NCBI GenBank assembly: GCA_964423595.1
Contig: CAYRFI010000004.1
Coordinates: 12,327-76,326, forward strand
Reading direction: 5' to 3'
Origin: an uncultured Thermoanaerobaculia bacterium
GTDB lineage: Bacteria; Acidobacteriota; Thermoanaerobaculia; Thermoanaerobaculales; Sulfomarinibacteraceae
Length of the DNA: 64,000 bases
The notes beneath the pieces are model-generated. The model was not told the DNA's origin, did no database searches, and saw nothing but the letters and a program-made list of their open reading frames with translations. How positions within the stretch are numbered: the first letter of the stretch is position 1; each line of letters begins with the position of its first letter. The position numbers and the translations under genes were made by a program. Positions 1 through 8,822 of this stretch are shown in pieces.

Positions 1-204
1 GAGCTGCACCAGGCCGGCAGGGTTGGCGAAGGCCGCGGTTGCGTCGTCGGCGAGGGCGGCAAAGGCGCCGCCGAGGCCGAGGCTTCGTGCGCCCGGGTTC
101 GAGAAGCTGAACTCGAAGGTGGAGGGGGTCTCCTGAGGAAAAGCAATCGCGGGCACGACGATCACCGCGACGAAAACCAAGGGAATGATTCGTTGTGCTT
201 TCAT
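1..204 (-). CDS. Outer-membrane beta-barrel protein, N-terminal fragment (gene continues beyond the window start)
   Basis: Hand translation of the reverse strand from ATG at complement(202..204) gives MKAQRIIPLVFVAVIVVPAIAFPQETPSTFEFSFSNPGARSLGLGGAFAALADDATAAFANPAGLVQL. This is a signal peptide followed by a GAR-x-LGLGGA...ADD...NPAGL motif typical of PorV/FadL-type OM barrels. It is not in the ORF track because the window edge truncates it. Confidence 0.55.
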   Translation of the reverse strand, partial: MKAQRIIPLVFVAVIVVPAIAFPQETPSTFEFSFSNPGARSLGLGGAFAALADDATAAFANPAGLVQL

Positions 205-453
205 GCTTTGATCCGCGTCGTTTTCACTGACTGCAGGATTCCCAACCGGAATCGTAGCACGGGGAAAACCCTCATCAGATCCTCATCCCATCCTCAAGCA
301 CCATATGAGTCCACACCGTAGCTTGATAATGAGAGGAGAAGTCAAATCACCTCTGTCCGAACCTCCGCACGGGCTTTTGTCCGCCTCATACGCCGTTTCG
401 GGAGAAGGGCTCGTGACGAGGGCTCACCGAGTCTCTCAGCGGCTGATTGTCTC

Positions 454-1053
454 GTGATGGAGCAACGTGAGCAGTTAATCCGACGCATCCTGAGCTCGAT
501 CCACAACAACAGCATTCTTTTGAGCGGCGAACCTGGGTGTGGAAAGTCCTCGATTCTCCTGCACCTCAAGGGTCGCCTCATGGCCGGCTCGGACCCGGTC
601 GTGGATTTCTACCCCGTCTACATCGACCTGCGCGCGGTGCCTGAGGAGCTCCTATTCGCTACGGTCGCAGACGCCGTGTTGGGCCAGCTCACATTCGCCC
701 CGCCGAGCAAAGTCTTACATTTCGGCTCCGACTACAGTCATCGCGACCTCGCCAACGACCTCCGTGGCGTGATCCTCGCGCTGCGGGCGCGCGACCTCAA
801 GCCCGCCCGTTTGGTTTTACTGGTCGACGGCATCGACGCGCTCAACCACTACGACCCGCGGACGACCCAGAGGGTCCGAAGCCTCTTCATGGCGAGCCTC
901 GCCGAAAGCCTGGTGATGGTGGCGTCGGCTATTCAAATCGACCGGCATTGGGAACAGGAGGGAAGCCCCTGGTACAACTTCTTCGAGGAAATCGAACTCG
1001 TACCGGCCCGCGTGAATAGAAGCGCCCAGGATAGAATGCCTCGTGATGAATAG
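454..1053 (+). CDS. Small stand-alone P-loop NTPase (AAA/STAND-like)
   Basis: Walker A is GEPGCGKSS and Walker B-like is LVLLVDGID. Start is GTG454 or ATG457. The 3' end overlaps the start of the next gene by 8-11 nt. Confidence 0.7.
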   Translation: MMEQREQLIRRILSSIHNNSILLSGEPGCGKSSILLHLKGRLMAGSDPVVDFYPVYIDLRAVPEELLFATVADAVLGQLTFAPPSKVLHFGSDYSHRDLANDLRGVILALRARDLKPARLVLLVDGIDALNHYDPRTTQRVRSLFMASLAESLVMVASAIQIDRHWEQEGSPWYNFFEEIELVPARVNRSAQDRMPRDE

Positions 1054-2527
1054 CCCGGATACACCGGAACGGCCCTCTCCAGCCGATTTCTGGCTTGCCG
1101 GATGGCTCGTCCAACCGAGTCTCAACCGACTTTCGTTCAACGATCAGGTCATCCACATCGAACCCAAGCTGATGGATGTCCTGGTCTATCTGGCGGACAA
1201 CGCCGGCCGGGTCATGTCGAAGATCGACATCAGCGATGCCGTATGGCCCGATCTCTTCATCACCGAGTCGGTAATCACCCGCTCGATCGCAGGCCTGCGT
1301 CGCGCGTTCGGCGACGACGCCAAGGACCCCACATTCATCGAGACCATCTCGAAACGCGGTTATCGTCTGATCGCCGCGGTCGAACGAACGCCAGCCGGAG
1401 ACGAACGTTCGTCTCCCCTTCAACGTCCAGGACACCAGCAGACTGTCAACCTCGGGAAAACGACCGTTCCATTTGTCGTCGGACAATGGGTGCGCCGAGA
1501 GAACTTCTACGGCCGGGGGGCCGTCATCAACGAGGTTCTCTCAGGGAACCGCAACTGGTTGTGGCTTCTCGGCACCCGCAGGATCGGCAAGACCTCCGTC
1601 CTCAAACAGCTCGAATACCTCGCCCTGGACTCCCCCGATCTCGGCTTCCTGCCGGTCTTCTGGGATCTCCAGGGCGCTGACCGGCCGGAGGAGCTCCACC
1701 TCGACTTCGCCGACGCACTGCTCGATGCCGAGGGGCGCCTCGAAGAGGCCGGTGTTCCCCTGGCGGAGGTTCGTACCGATGATTGCTTCGAATCGCTGGG
1801 ACGTCTGCGGCGCAGATTGTTCACGAAAAACCTTCGGCTGTTGCTCCTCTGTGACGAGGTCGAGGAGCTGATCCAGCTCAATCGACAGGATCCATCCATC
1901 CTCCGAAAGCTTCGTCGAGCACTGCACTCGCGGGACGGCATCCGATCGGTGCTGGCGTCGAGCAGCAAGCTCTGGCAGCTCGCGCAAACCAACGAGGACA
2001 CCTCACCATTTCTCGATGGGTTCACGCCACCGCTTGCCATCGGTTCCCTCGACGACGACGAGGCTCGGCAGCTTATCCGCCAGACCCAACTCCCGGAGGC
2101 AACACACCCGAGCTTCAGCGACGACGAGGTCGAGCGAATCCGTCGCCAATGCGGCAACCATCCCTACCAGATCCAGCTCCTCTGTCGCAGGGCCCTCGAC
2201 CTGAAAGATCTCGACGACGCCATCGAAGACGTGGCGCACGACCGGGCGGTCAGCTTCTTCTTCTCGGTCGACTACGAGCTGCGCAGCGAGGTGGAACGGA
2301 CCATCCTTCGGTTTCTCGCCGATCAGCCCGGAGCGTCACCGGCGGAGATCGGCCGCCACACTCAGGAACTGTCCGATGCCATCACGATCAGTCTGTCGGC
2401 TCTCTACGAACTGGGCATCGTGAGCAGGGATCGCGACGGCCGGTACGAGATCGCAAGTCTGTTTCTGCGTCGATGGTTGGTGGACGGAGCGGCCATACCA
2501 CCAAACGATGCTGAAGACGTTTCTTAG
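1043..2527 (+). CDS. OmpR/CadC-type winged-helix DNA-binding domain fused to a P-loop ATPase with a C-terminal wHTH-like tail (putative signal-transducing regulator)
   Basis: The N-terminus (FWLAGWLVQPSLNRLSF...IHIEPKLMDVLVYLADNAGRVMSKIDISDAVWPD...IAGLRRAFGDD...IETISKRGYRL) is a trans_reg_C-like wHTH. Walker A is GTRRIGKTS and Walker B is LLLLCDEVEE. The C-terminus (ILRFLADQPGASPAEIGRHT...LYELGIVSRDRDGRYEI) looks like a wHTH. Confidence 0.7.
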   Translation: MMNSPDTPERPSPADFWLAGWLVQPSLNRLSFNDQVIHIEPKLMDVLVYLADNAGRVMSKIDISDAVWPDLFITESVITRSIAGLRRAFGDDAKDPTFIETISKRGYRLIAAVERTPAGDERSSPLQRPGHQQTVNLGKTTVPFVVGQWVRRENFYGRGAVINEVLSGNRNWLWLLGTRRIGKTSVLKQLEYLALDSPDLGFLPVFWDLQGADRPEELHLDFADALLDAEGRLEEAGVPLAEVRTDDCFESLGRLRRRLFTKNLRLLLLCDEVEELIQLNRQDPSILRKLRRALHSRDGIRSVLASSSKLWQLAQTNEDTSPFLDGFTPPLAIGSLDDDEARQLIRQTQLPEATHPSFSDDEVERIRRQCGNHPYQIQLLCRRALDLKDLDDAIEDVAHDRAVSFFFSVDYELRSEVERTILRFLADQPGASPAEIGRHTQELSDAITISLSALYELGIVSRDRDGRYEIASLFLRRWLVDGAAIPPNDAEDVS

Positions 2528-2600
2528 CCAGGAATTGGTTGGACACAGCAGTTTCCGAGAGATAGGATCCTGAAATCATCACGAACATCGGAGGTCAGCT

Positions 2601-3548
2601 GTGCGCACCCATCACCTGGTTTCGCCACTCCTCATCGGCACGACTGTATTGGCACTGGCGGCGTTGATGGCCGTTTCGACCTTCGCCAGAGCCGAAGACG
2701 ACGATCAGCCGAAAAAACTCCTGATCCGGTGCGACGATGTCGGCATGTCGCACACCGTCAATATGGCGGTGCGCGAGCTCATCGAGACCGGGGTGCCGTT
2801 CTCGACCTCGGTGATGATCGCCTGTCCCTGGTACCTCGAAGCGGTCGAGATCCTCAAGACCAACCCGCAGATCGGCGTCGGTATCCACCTCACCCTCAAC
2901 TCCGAGTGGCAGCACTACAAGTGGGGGCCGGTGCTCGGGGCTGCGACGGTGCCGTCGCTGGTCAACGCCAACGGCCACTTCTACGCTTCGGAGGCCGAGT
3001 TCGCTGCCGCAAAGGTGGATCTTGGCGAGGTCGAGATGGAGCTGCGCGCCCAGATCGAACGTGCCCTCAGAGCCGGCGTCCGCGTGGACTACCTCGATTA
3101 CCACATGTTGACTGCGGTCTCGACCCCCGAGCTGCGGGCCATCGTCGAGCGGCTCGCCGACGAGTACCGTCTCGGGCTCTCCCGCTACTTCGGCGAGGCG
3201 TCGGTGTCGATATGGGACGCCGACCCGGAAGACAAGCTGTCAAGCCTGCTCGACCATGTTCGCAACGCCCAGCCAGGACTCAATCTTCTGGTGATCCACC
3301 TCGGGATGGAAACCCCCGAAATGTCGGCGATGGTGGACATGAACAATCAGGCGGATCCCTACCGGGTCGCTATCCACCGCCAGGCGGAGCTCGACGCCAT
3401 CACCTCACCGGCATTTCGCGCAGCGATCGAGGAGGCCGGAATCGAGCTCGTCACCTACAAGGAAGTTGTTTCAGAGATGGGTCTCGAGTCGATGAACCCG
3501 CCCGAGAACCTGACCAGCTACTCTTCAAGTTTCGTTGAAGAAGATTGA
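2601..3548 (+). CDS. ChbG/YdjC-family carbohydrate deacetylase with N-terminal signal peptide
   Basis: YdjC-like motifs are LLIRCDDVGMSHTVN and GVGIHLTLNSEW. GTG start with GGAGG 6 nt upstream. The hydrophobic N-terminus ends in ARA-EDD. Confidence 0.75.
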   Translation: MRTHHLVSPLLIGTTVLALAALMAVSTFARAEDDDQPKKLLIRCDDVGMSHTVNMAVRELIETGVPFSTSVMIACPWYLEAVEILKTNPQIGVGIHLTLNSEWQHYKWGPVLGAATVPSLVNANGHFYASEAEFAAAKVDLGEVEMELRAQIERALRAGVRVDYLDYHMLTAVSTPELRAIVERLADEYRLGLSRYFGEASVSIWDADPEDKLSSLLDHVRNAQPGLNLLVIHLGMETPEMSAMVDMNNQADPYRVAIHRQAELDAITSPAFRAAIEEAGIELVTYKEVVSEMGLESMNPPENLTSYSSSFVEED

Positions 3549-3572
3549 TCCGTACCAAGCCAATAGATGCAG

Positions 3573-3658
3573 GTTAAGGGTAAAGAGTTAAGAGTTAAGC
3601 CCACCCATCCCACCGCCACTTTCTCTTCACCCTTAACCCTTTACTCTTCACTCTTGAC
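3573..3658. repeat. Inverted arrays of degenerate tandem heptamers (left GTTAAGG GTAAAGA GTTAAGA GTTAAGC; right TCTTCAC CCTTAAC CCTTTAC TCTTCAC TCTTGAC)
   Basis: Read directly. The left array is 3573-3600 and the right array is 3624-3658, with a 23-nt spacer. The units are reverse complements (consensus YCTTNAC). The element sits at the convergent junction of the ChbG and GH88/105 genes, and the right array encodes the last 5 codons and the stop of the GH88/105 gene. Confidence 0.8.
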
Positions 3659-4846
3659 CTCGCTAGCGAGCTTCAGCATCTCGCTGCCGGCAAGAAGGAA
3701 GGCGCCGGTGCCGTACTCCATGCTGTCCTCGGCGGTGACCGAGCGCGGGTCGTAGCCGATCTGCTGCACCCAACCGAGCCGTCCGTCCGGTTGGAGGGCC
3801 CAGATCAGACCCTCCCAACCCCGGTAGACTGCAAGCAAGAACGAATCGGCGTCCAGCACATCGTTGTTGACGCCCCACGCCAGCCCAAAGGTGAAAAAGC
3901 CGCTGCCGCTCGACTCCGGGATCGGAAACTCCTCTGGATCGAGGAGGCTCGACCGCCACAGCCCGTCGTCGCCCTGGACGGCGACGAGGGCCGCGGCCAT
4001 CTCGCGGAAGAGCTCAACGTAGCGCGGGCGATCCGGATAGTCGTCCGGCATGTGTTCGAGAACCAGCGCGAGGCTGGCGAACACCCAGCCATTGCCGCGC
4101 GACCAAAACACCTTTTGCCCATGCGTCGTCCGCGGCCCGGAGCCATTCTCCTGGATGACATACCGGCCATCGCGATACCAGAGGTGCTCCGCCGGATCAT
4201 AGAGGTAGTCGTAGGTCTGCCACCACATGCTGTTCATGAGGTCGAGGTACCTGAGGTCATGGGTCGCCTCGGCAATCAGAGCCATGGTCGGCGGCGCCAT
4301 GAAGAGGGCGTCGCACCACGACCAGTTGTCGTCCTCGTTCCACCCCACTTCAGGCCCAGGTCGCGGCTCCGCAATCATCTCGTCGAAATTGGCGACGATC
4401 GCGTCGATCATCCGCTTTTGGTGTTTGATGAGGAAGATCCTGGCATAGGTCTGGGCAATGCACTGGTCGTCTGCATGGCGCTGTCGCGGTCCCGGTTTCC
4501 AGTTGTTGCGATCCGAGATCTCCATCGCCGCATTCAGGTACTTCGGGTTACCGGTTGCCTCGTAGGCGGCCATCACTCCGGAGAAAAAGGCTCCGCGCAC
4601 CCATTCGGTATCGCTGACGTCCTGGAACCCCCCATCCGGTAACGGCGCCTTATAGACGATGTGGTCAATCTGCCAGTCGAACGCGCGCATCATCACGGTG
4701 TTGATGTACGAGCGGGAAAAGATCCGTTTTTCGCTTTTCACACCTTCCGCGGTTGTCTCCTCTGCAGGCGGGCGGTCGCAGCCAAGGGCCAGTGCGATGG
4801 CCAGCATTCCGAGAGCGAAACGGCCGACGTTCTTTGCTCGGTTCAT
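3641..4846 (-). CDS. GH88/GH105-family unsaturated glucuronyl / rhamnogalacturonyl hydrolase, lipoprotein
   Basis: Motifs WCDALFMAPP, FWSRGNGW, ESSGSGFF and YGTGAFLLAG fit the PF07470-type fold. The start is trimmed to MNRAKNVGRFALGMLAIALALGCD (lipobox LALGC) at 4846. The upstream 34 codons of the ORF are Arg/Gly-rich read-through. Confidence 0.8.
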   Translation of the reverse strand: MNRAKNVGRFALGMLAIALALGCDRPPAEETTAEGVKSEKRIFSRSYINTVMMRAFDWQIDHIVYKAPLPDGGFQDVSDTEWVRGAFFSGVMAAYEATGNPKYLNAAMEISDRNNWKPGPRQRHADDQCIAQTYARIFLIKHQKRMIDAIVANFDEMIAEPRPGPEVGWNEDDNWSWCDALFMAPPTMALIAEATHDLRYLDLMNSMWWQTYDYLYDPAEHLWYRDGRYVIQENGSGPRTTHGQKVFWSRGNGWVFASLALVLEHMPDDYPDRPRYVELFREMAAALVAVQGDDGLWRSSLLDPEEFPIPESSGSGFFTFGLAWGVNNDVLDADSFLLAVYRGWEGLIWALQPDGRLGWVQQIGYDPRSVTAEDSMEYGTGAFLLAGSEMLKLASEVKSEE

Positions 4847-4989
4847 CGAGCTTTCCCCTTTCGCACGCTCCACAGGATAACTCTTCGCGGCACCACCTAA
4901 CCCACACCTCGTCCGTGGCCGGGATCGTGCGATCATGGCGTCGAACATTGCGTCCCAACAACGACCTTTCGAAACAGGGGAGGCGGAGC

Positions 4990-5994
4990 ATGAACATCAC
5001 CAGCCGTTACACACCGGCTCCAGGTCGCTACGACTCGATGATCTACAACCGATGCGGCCGCAGCGGTCTCAAGCTGCCGGCAGTATCGCTCGGGCTGTGG
5101 CACAACTTCGGAGGCGTCGACTCCCTGGAGAACGCCCGCGCCATGCTGCGACGCGCCTTCGACCTGGGAATCACTCATTTCGACCTCGCCAACAACTACG
5201 GTCCACCCTACGGCTCGGCGGAGGCGACATTTGGACGGCTTTTCGCGCACGACTGGCGGCCGTTCCGCGACGAGCTGATCATCTCCTCCAAGGCCGGCTG
5301 GGACATGTGGCCCGGACCCTACGGCAATTGGGGCTCGCGCAAGTACCTGGTGGCGAGCCTCGACCAGAGCCTCGCCCGCACAGGGCTCGATTACGTCGAC
5401 ATCTTCTACCACCACCGCCCTGACCTCGACACCCCGCTCGAGGAGACGATGGGCGCGCTCGACTTCATCGTCCGTTCGGGGCGCGCGCTCTACGCCGGCA
5501 TCTCGATGTACCCGCCAGACCTCACGCGCAGAGCGGCCGAGATCCTGCGCTCGCTCGGGACCCCGTGTCTCATTCACCAGCCCAACTACAGCCTCTTCGA
5601 TCGCTGGATCGAGGGCGAGCTGCTCGACGTGCTCTCCGAGGAAGGCATCGGCTGCATCGTGTTTTCGCCCCTCGCCCAGGGTCTTCTCACCGACAGGTAC
5701 CTCGACGGTATCCCGGCAGGCTCGCGCGCTGCACGCGACGACAGCTACCTTTCAAGAGCCGAGGTGACCGACGAGGTCATGGCCACCGTCCGTCGGCTCA
5801 ACGAGGTGGCATCGGCACGTGGCCAGCGCATGGCCCAGCTTGCTGTAGCCTGGGTCCTCCGCCAGCCGGGCGTCACCTCCGCTCTGATCGGCGCGAGTCG
5901 GCCGTCCCAGATCGAGGACGCCGTCGCCGCCCTCGAACATCTCGACTTCACGGCGGACGAGCTCACCACCCTCGATCGGATCCTCGCCGGCTAA
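4990..5994 (+). CDS. yghZ: Aldo-keto reductase, YghZ/Gpr-like (L-glyceraldehyde-3-phosphate reductase family)
   Basis: Long collinear similarity to my recollection of E. coli YghZ: CGRSGLKLPAVSLGLWHNFG, AFDLGITHFDLANNYGPPYGSAE, ELIISSKAGWDMWPGPYG, SRKYL.ASLDQSL. Start is ATG 4990 after GGGGAGGCGGAG; the ORF-track start at 4753 is read-through. Confidence 0.8.
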   Translation: MNITSRYTPAPGRYDSMIYNRCGRSGLKLPAVSLGLWHNFGGVDSLENARAMLRRAFDLGITHFDLANNYGPPYGSAEATFGRLFAHDWRPFRDELIISSKAGWDMWPGPYGNWGSRKYLVASLDQSLARTGLDYVDIFYHHRPDLDTPLEETMGALDFIVRSGRALYAGISMYPPDLTRRAAEILRSLGTPCLIHQPNYSLFDRWIEGELLDVLSEEGIGCIVFSPLAQGLLTDRYLDGIPAGSRAARDDSYLSRAEVTDEVMATVRRLNEVASARGQRMAQLAVAWVLRQPGVTSALIGASRPSQIEDAVAALEHLDFTADELTTLDRILAG

Positions 5995-6172
5995 CCCGCA
6001 TATCTCACCGGGTTTCGTTGCGAGGGCGGCGAGGTGCCGTGCCCAGTGGGGTTTTCGACCCGAGGGGCGCGGAGCGCGTACTTGCAGTACGTCGAGCACC
6101 CCGAGGCGAGAAAACACCGTTGGGTGCGGTGCATCAGCGCTCGCAGCAGGAAGTTGGTGAGATATGCGGGCT
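5995..6172. repeat. Intergenic element bounded by a 15-nt perfect inverted repeat CCCGCATATCTCACC / GGTGAGATATGCGGG (REP/MITE-like)
   Basis: Copy A is at 5995-6009, immediately after the yghZ-like stop. Copy B is at 6156-6170 on the opposite strand, with extension to 6141-6172, about 15 nt downstream of the GH3 stop on the minus strand. A third copy is at 49958-49989. Confidence 0.75.
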
Positions 6173-6186
6173 AAGCTCGACGACAC

Positions 6187-8736
6187 TCACTCGCAGGGGA
6201 GGTCACCCTCGGCCGTCCCCTCCAGCCTGACATCGGCGAAACGCAGCGCGAGCGAGCCCTCGGTAGCGAGCAGGAACGGCGCCGTGATGTGGCTGAGATC
6301 TGCGCCGGAATCGCCGAAGTGACGCAGTCGGAGTTTCATCGTTTTCCATTCCCCGACGGGGCTTCGAGCCAGCGTTTCGGTGATGTCAACCCGGCCCTCG
6401 CAGCCCTCGCCGCACCGCATGGCCGCATAGACCGGCGCGCTCGGTGCCTCTTCCACCATCACGTCGAAGGCGAGCACCATGCAGTCTGAAGCCTCAGGAG
6501 TTAGATCCACCGCCGGCGCGGCTTCGAGATAGAGGATGGCGAGGTCGTACCCGGCCCAGCGGGCGGCGCGCGCGTCTTCCTGCAGCTCGCGATCGACCAC
6601 GGTCACGACCAGATTGTCGCGGTCCCAGGTCGAGGTGATTCCACCGACCGTCTTCACTGCCCAATTACGCTCGTCACCGACGTACAAACGCCACGGCGCC
6701 ACCGATCCGCCACGGAAGTAGACGGTGCGGCTCGTGTCCGGAATTGCTCCTCCAGGATCCTCCGGAAGATCGGCAAGGTCCGCGCTGTCGGCGTAGGTGA
6801 GTCCGAAGCCGTAGGCGAAGAGCGGATCGTAGCCTTCGTCTCCGAGATTGAGGGCCTCTTGCACCGCGGTCTTCGGCCACGAGTGGGCGAGCCGACCCTT
6901 GAAATCGTGATTGACGGCACCGTCGCCGGCGGCGAGGATCACCTCAGCCACCCCGTCCCCTTCTGAGCCCGGTAACCAAGCCGCCACGAATGCATCTGAG
7001 GCGTTGAGCTCAGGGTTGACCCACATCGGCCTGCCCGAAAGGAAGATCGAGACAACTGGGACTCCAGCAGCTTTCAATCGCTTCAACAACTCCAGATCGT
7101 CCGGTCGTGAAAAATCGTAGTCGAGGGTTTCGCGGTCACCCTGAAACTCTGCGTAAGGGTTCTCACCGAAGACAACGACAGCAACATCGGGCTTCGATCG
7201 GAACGAACCGTTCTCGGATAGGATGGCGGTGCCGCCGGCGCCTTCCACCACCGGCCTGATCCCATCCCAGATTGAAGATCCGCCCGGAAAGTCCTCGTTA
7301 CTGGTGTCGGTGCCCTGCCAGGTGAGGGTCCAACCGCCGCACTGTTTACCAATGTTGTCGGCGCCATCGCCGGCCACCAGCACCGTCTGCGCCCGTTCGA
7401 GCGGCAGCAGCCCGCCGTTGTTCTTGAGCAGGACCAGCGACTCGCGCACCGCCTGACGCGCCACCGCCCGGTGATCCGGCGAGCCGAGGCGATCGGTCTT
7501 TCCGGCCAGGGGCCGGCTCGACGGCTTGCCCTTGTCGAAGAGGCCCGCGCGCATCTTGACCCGGAGGATGCGACGCACCGCGTCATCGAGGCGTTCCATC
7601 GGGATCTCACCAGCTTCCACCTGATCGATGGTGTTCGATCGAAGCGCCTTCCAATCCTCGGGCGCCATGAACATATCGACGCCGGCGTTGAAGGCCGCCG
7701 GACAGCTCGAGTTGCTGCAGCCCCCCACCTCGCCGTGTCCGTTCCAGTCGCCGACCACAAACCCGTTGAATCCCATTCGCCCCTTCAGCACGTCGGTGAG
7801 AAGCCCCTTGTTGGCGTGCATCTTGAGCCCCTGCCAGGAGGAAAAAGACGCCATCACGGTCTGCACGCCAGCCTCGAGCGCGGAGAAGTAACCGGCGCCG
7901 TGGATGTCGCGCAGCTCGGCCTCGGTCGAGAGGTTGTTCCCGCGGTCGACGCCGTTCGCGGTACCGCCGTCGCCGAGGAAATGCTTGGCACAGGCGACCA
8001 CGTGATCTACACCCAGGAATGCCTCGCTTTTCGCATCTCCCTGAAGACCACTGATCATTGCGCCGGCATAAGCTCGGGCCACCTCCGGGTCCTCTGACCA
8101 GCTCTCGTAGGAACGTCCCCAACGGTCGTCACGGACCACCGCAACGGTGGGGCTGAAATCCCAGTCGAGGCCGGTAACAGCCATCTCGACCGCGGTCACC
8201 CGCCCGATCTCGTGGATCAGCTCCGGATTGCCGGTGGCGCCGAGACCGATGTTCTGCGGAAAGACCGTAGCACCGACGACGTTTGTATGGCCGTGAACTG
8301 CATCCGTTCCCCAGATCACCGGGATCGCAACACCACCGTCCGAAGTGTCCATCGATGCTTCCCAGAAGGCATCGGCCAGCGCCAGCCAGTCGCCGACCGA
8401 CGCCCACTTCTTGTCAAAGGGCTGCACACCGCCGCCGTTGAGCACCGAGCCCAACCGGTATTTCCGGACGTCCTTCGGCTCGAGGTGGCGGATCTCGCCC
8501 TCGACGACCTGTCCCACTTTGTCCTCGATCGACATGCGGGCAAGGAGGTCGTCGATCCGCCCCTCGATTTCGGGATCTATGGCGACCGGACTTTCCATCG
8601 CGGGCCACACCTCTGGATGAACAATCGGGGGTTCCACGCCCCCGGCATTCTCCACAGCTTCGAACGACTGTCCACAACCCGAAAGCACTATCACTCCGAA
8701 TCCAAGCCCAAGTGCGACAACCTCATTGAGAGTCAT
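6187..8736 (-). CDS. GH3 beta-glucosidase / exo-beta-glucanase (ExoP-like, with about 190-aa C-terminal extra domain), lipoprotein
   Basis: GH3 motifs LGSVLNGGG, VIWGTDAVHGH and GFVVGDWNG. The N-terminus MTLNEVVALGLGFGVIVLSGCG carries a lipobox. Confidence 0.85.
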   Translation of the reverse strand: MTLNEVVALGLGFGVIVLSGCGQSFEAVENAGGVEPPIVHPEVWPAMESPVAIDPEIEGRIDDLLARMSIEDKVGQVVEGEIRHLEPKDVRKYRLGSVLNGGGVQPFDKKWASVGDWLALADAFWEASMDTSDGGVAIPVIWGTDAVHGHTNVVGATVFPQNIGLGATGNPELIHEIGRVTAVEMAVTGLDWDFSPTVAVVRDDRWGRSYESWSEDPEVARAYAGAMISGLQGDAKSEAFLGVDHVVACAKHFLGDGGTANGVDRGNNLSTEAELRDIHGAGYFSALEAGVQTVMASFSSWQGLKMHANKGLLTDVLKGRMGFNGFVVGDWNGHGEVGGCSNSSCPAAFNAGVDMFMAPEDWKALRSNTIDQVEAGEIPMERLDDAVRRILRVKMRAGLFDKGKPSSRPLAGKTDRLGSPDHRAVARQAVRESLVLLKNNGGLLPLERAQTVLVAGDGADNIGKQCGGWTLTWQGTDTSNEDFPGGSSIWDGIRPVVEGAGGTAILSENGSFRSKPDVAVVVFGENPYAEFQGDRETLDYDFSRPDDLELLKRLKAAGVPVVSIFLSGRPMWVNPELNASDAFVAAWLPGSEGDGVAEVILAAGDGAVNHDFKGRLAHSWPKTAVQEALNLGDEGYDPLFAYGFGLTYADSADLADLPEDPGGAIPDTSRTVYFRGGSVAPWRLYVGDERNWAVKTVGGITSTWDRDNLVVTVVDRELQEDARAARWAGYDLAILYLEAAPAVDLTPEASDCMVLAFDVMVEEAPSAPVYAAMRCGEGCEGRVDITETLARSPVGEWKTMKLRLRHFGDSGADLSHITAPFLLATEGSLALRFADVRLEGTAEGDLPCE

Positions 8737-8793
8737 CCGGCCCCCCGCCTTCGATTACCGAAGATTCTAACCCGCAAAAAAATTCTCCGAGGG

Positions 8794-8822
8794 TTGACAA
8801 ATGATACGAATCGTATTATAAC
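8794..8822 (+). promoter_or_regulatory. Sigma70-type promoter (TTGACA-17 nt-TATAAC) with an embedded palindrome ATACGA-A-TCGTAT; putative PadR auto-operator
   Basis: TTGACA is at 8794-8799 and TATAAC at 8817-8822, with an exact 17-nt spacer. The palindrome at 8804-8816 lies inside the spacer, and a further TTCGTA half-site is at 8825-8830. This is a local AT-rich island 11 nt upstream of the padR-like ATG. Confidence 0.6.

Noticed and set aside
269-298. CCCTCAT CAGAT CCTCAT CCCAT CCTCAA quasi-periodic tract as another heptamer array
   Set aside because: The period is irregular (5-7 nt), there is no clear inverted partner, and it is compatible with chance in a pyrimidine-rich promoter region.
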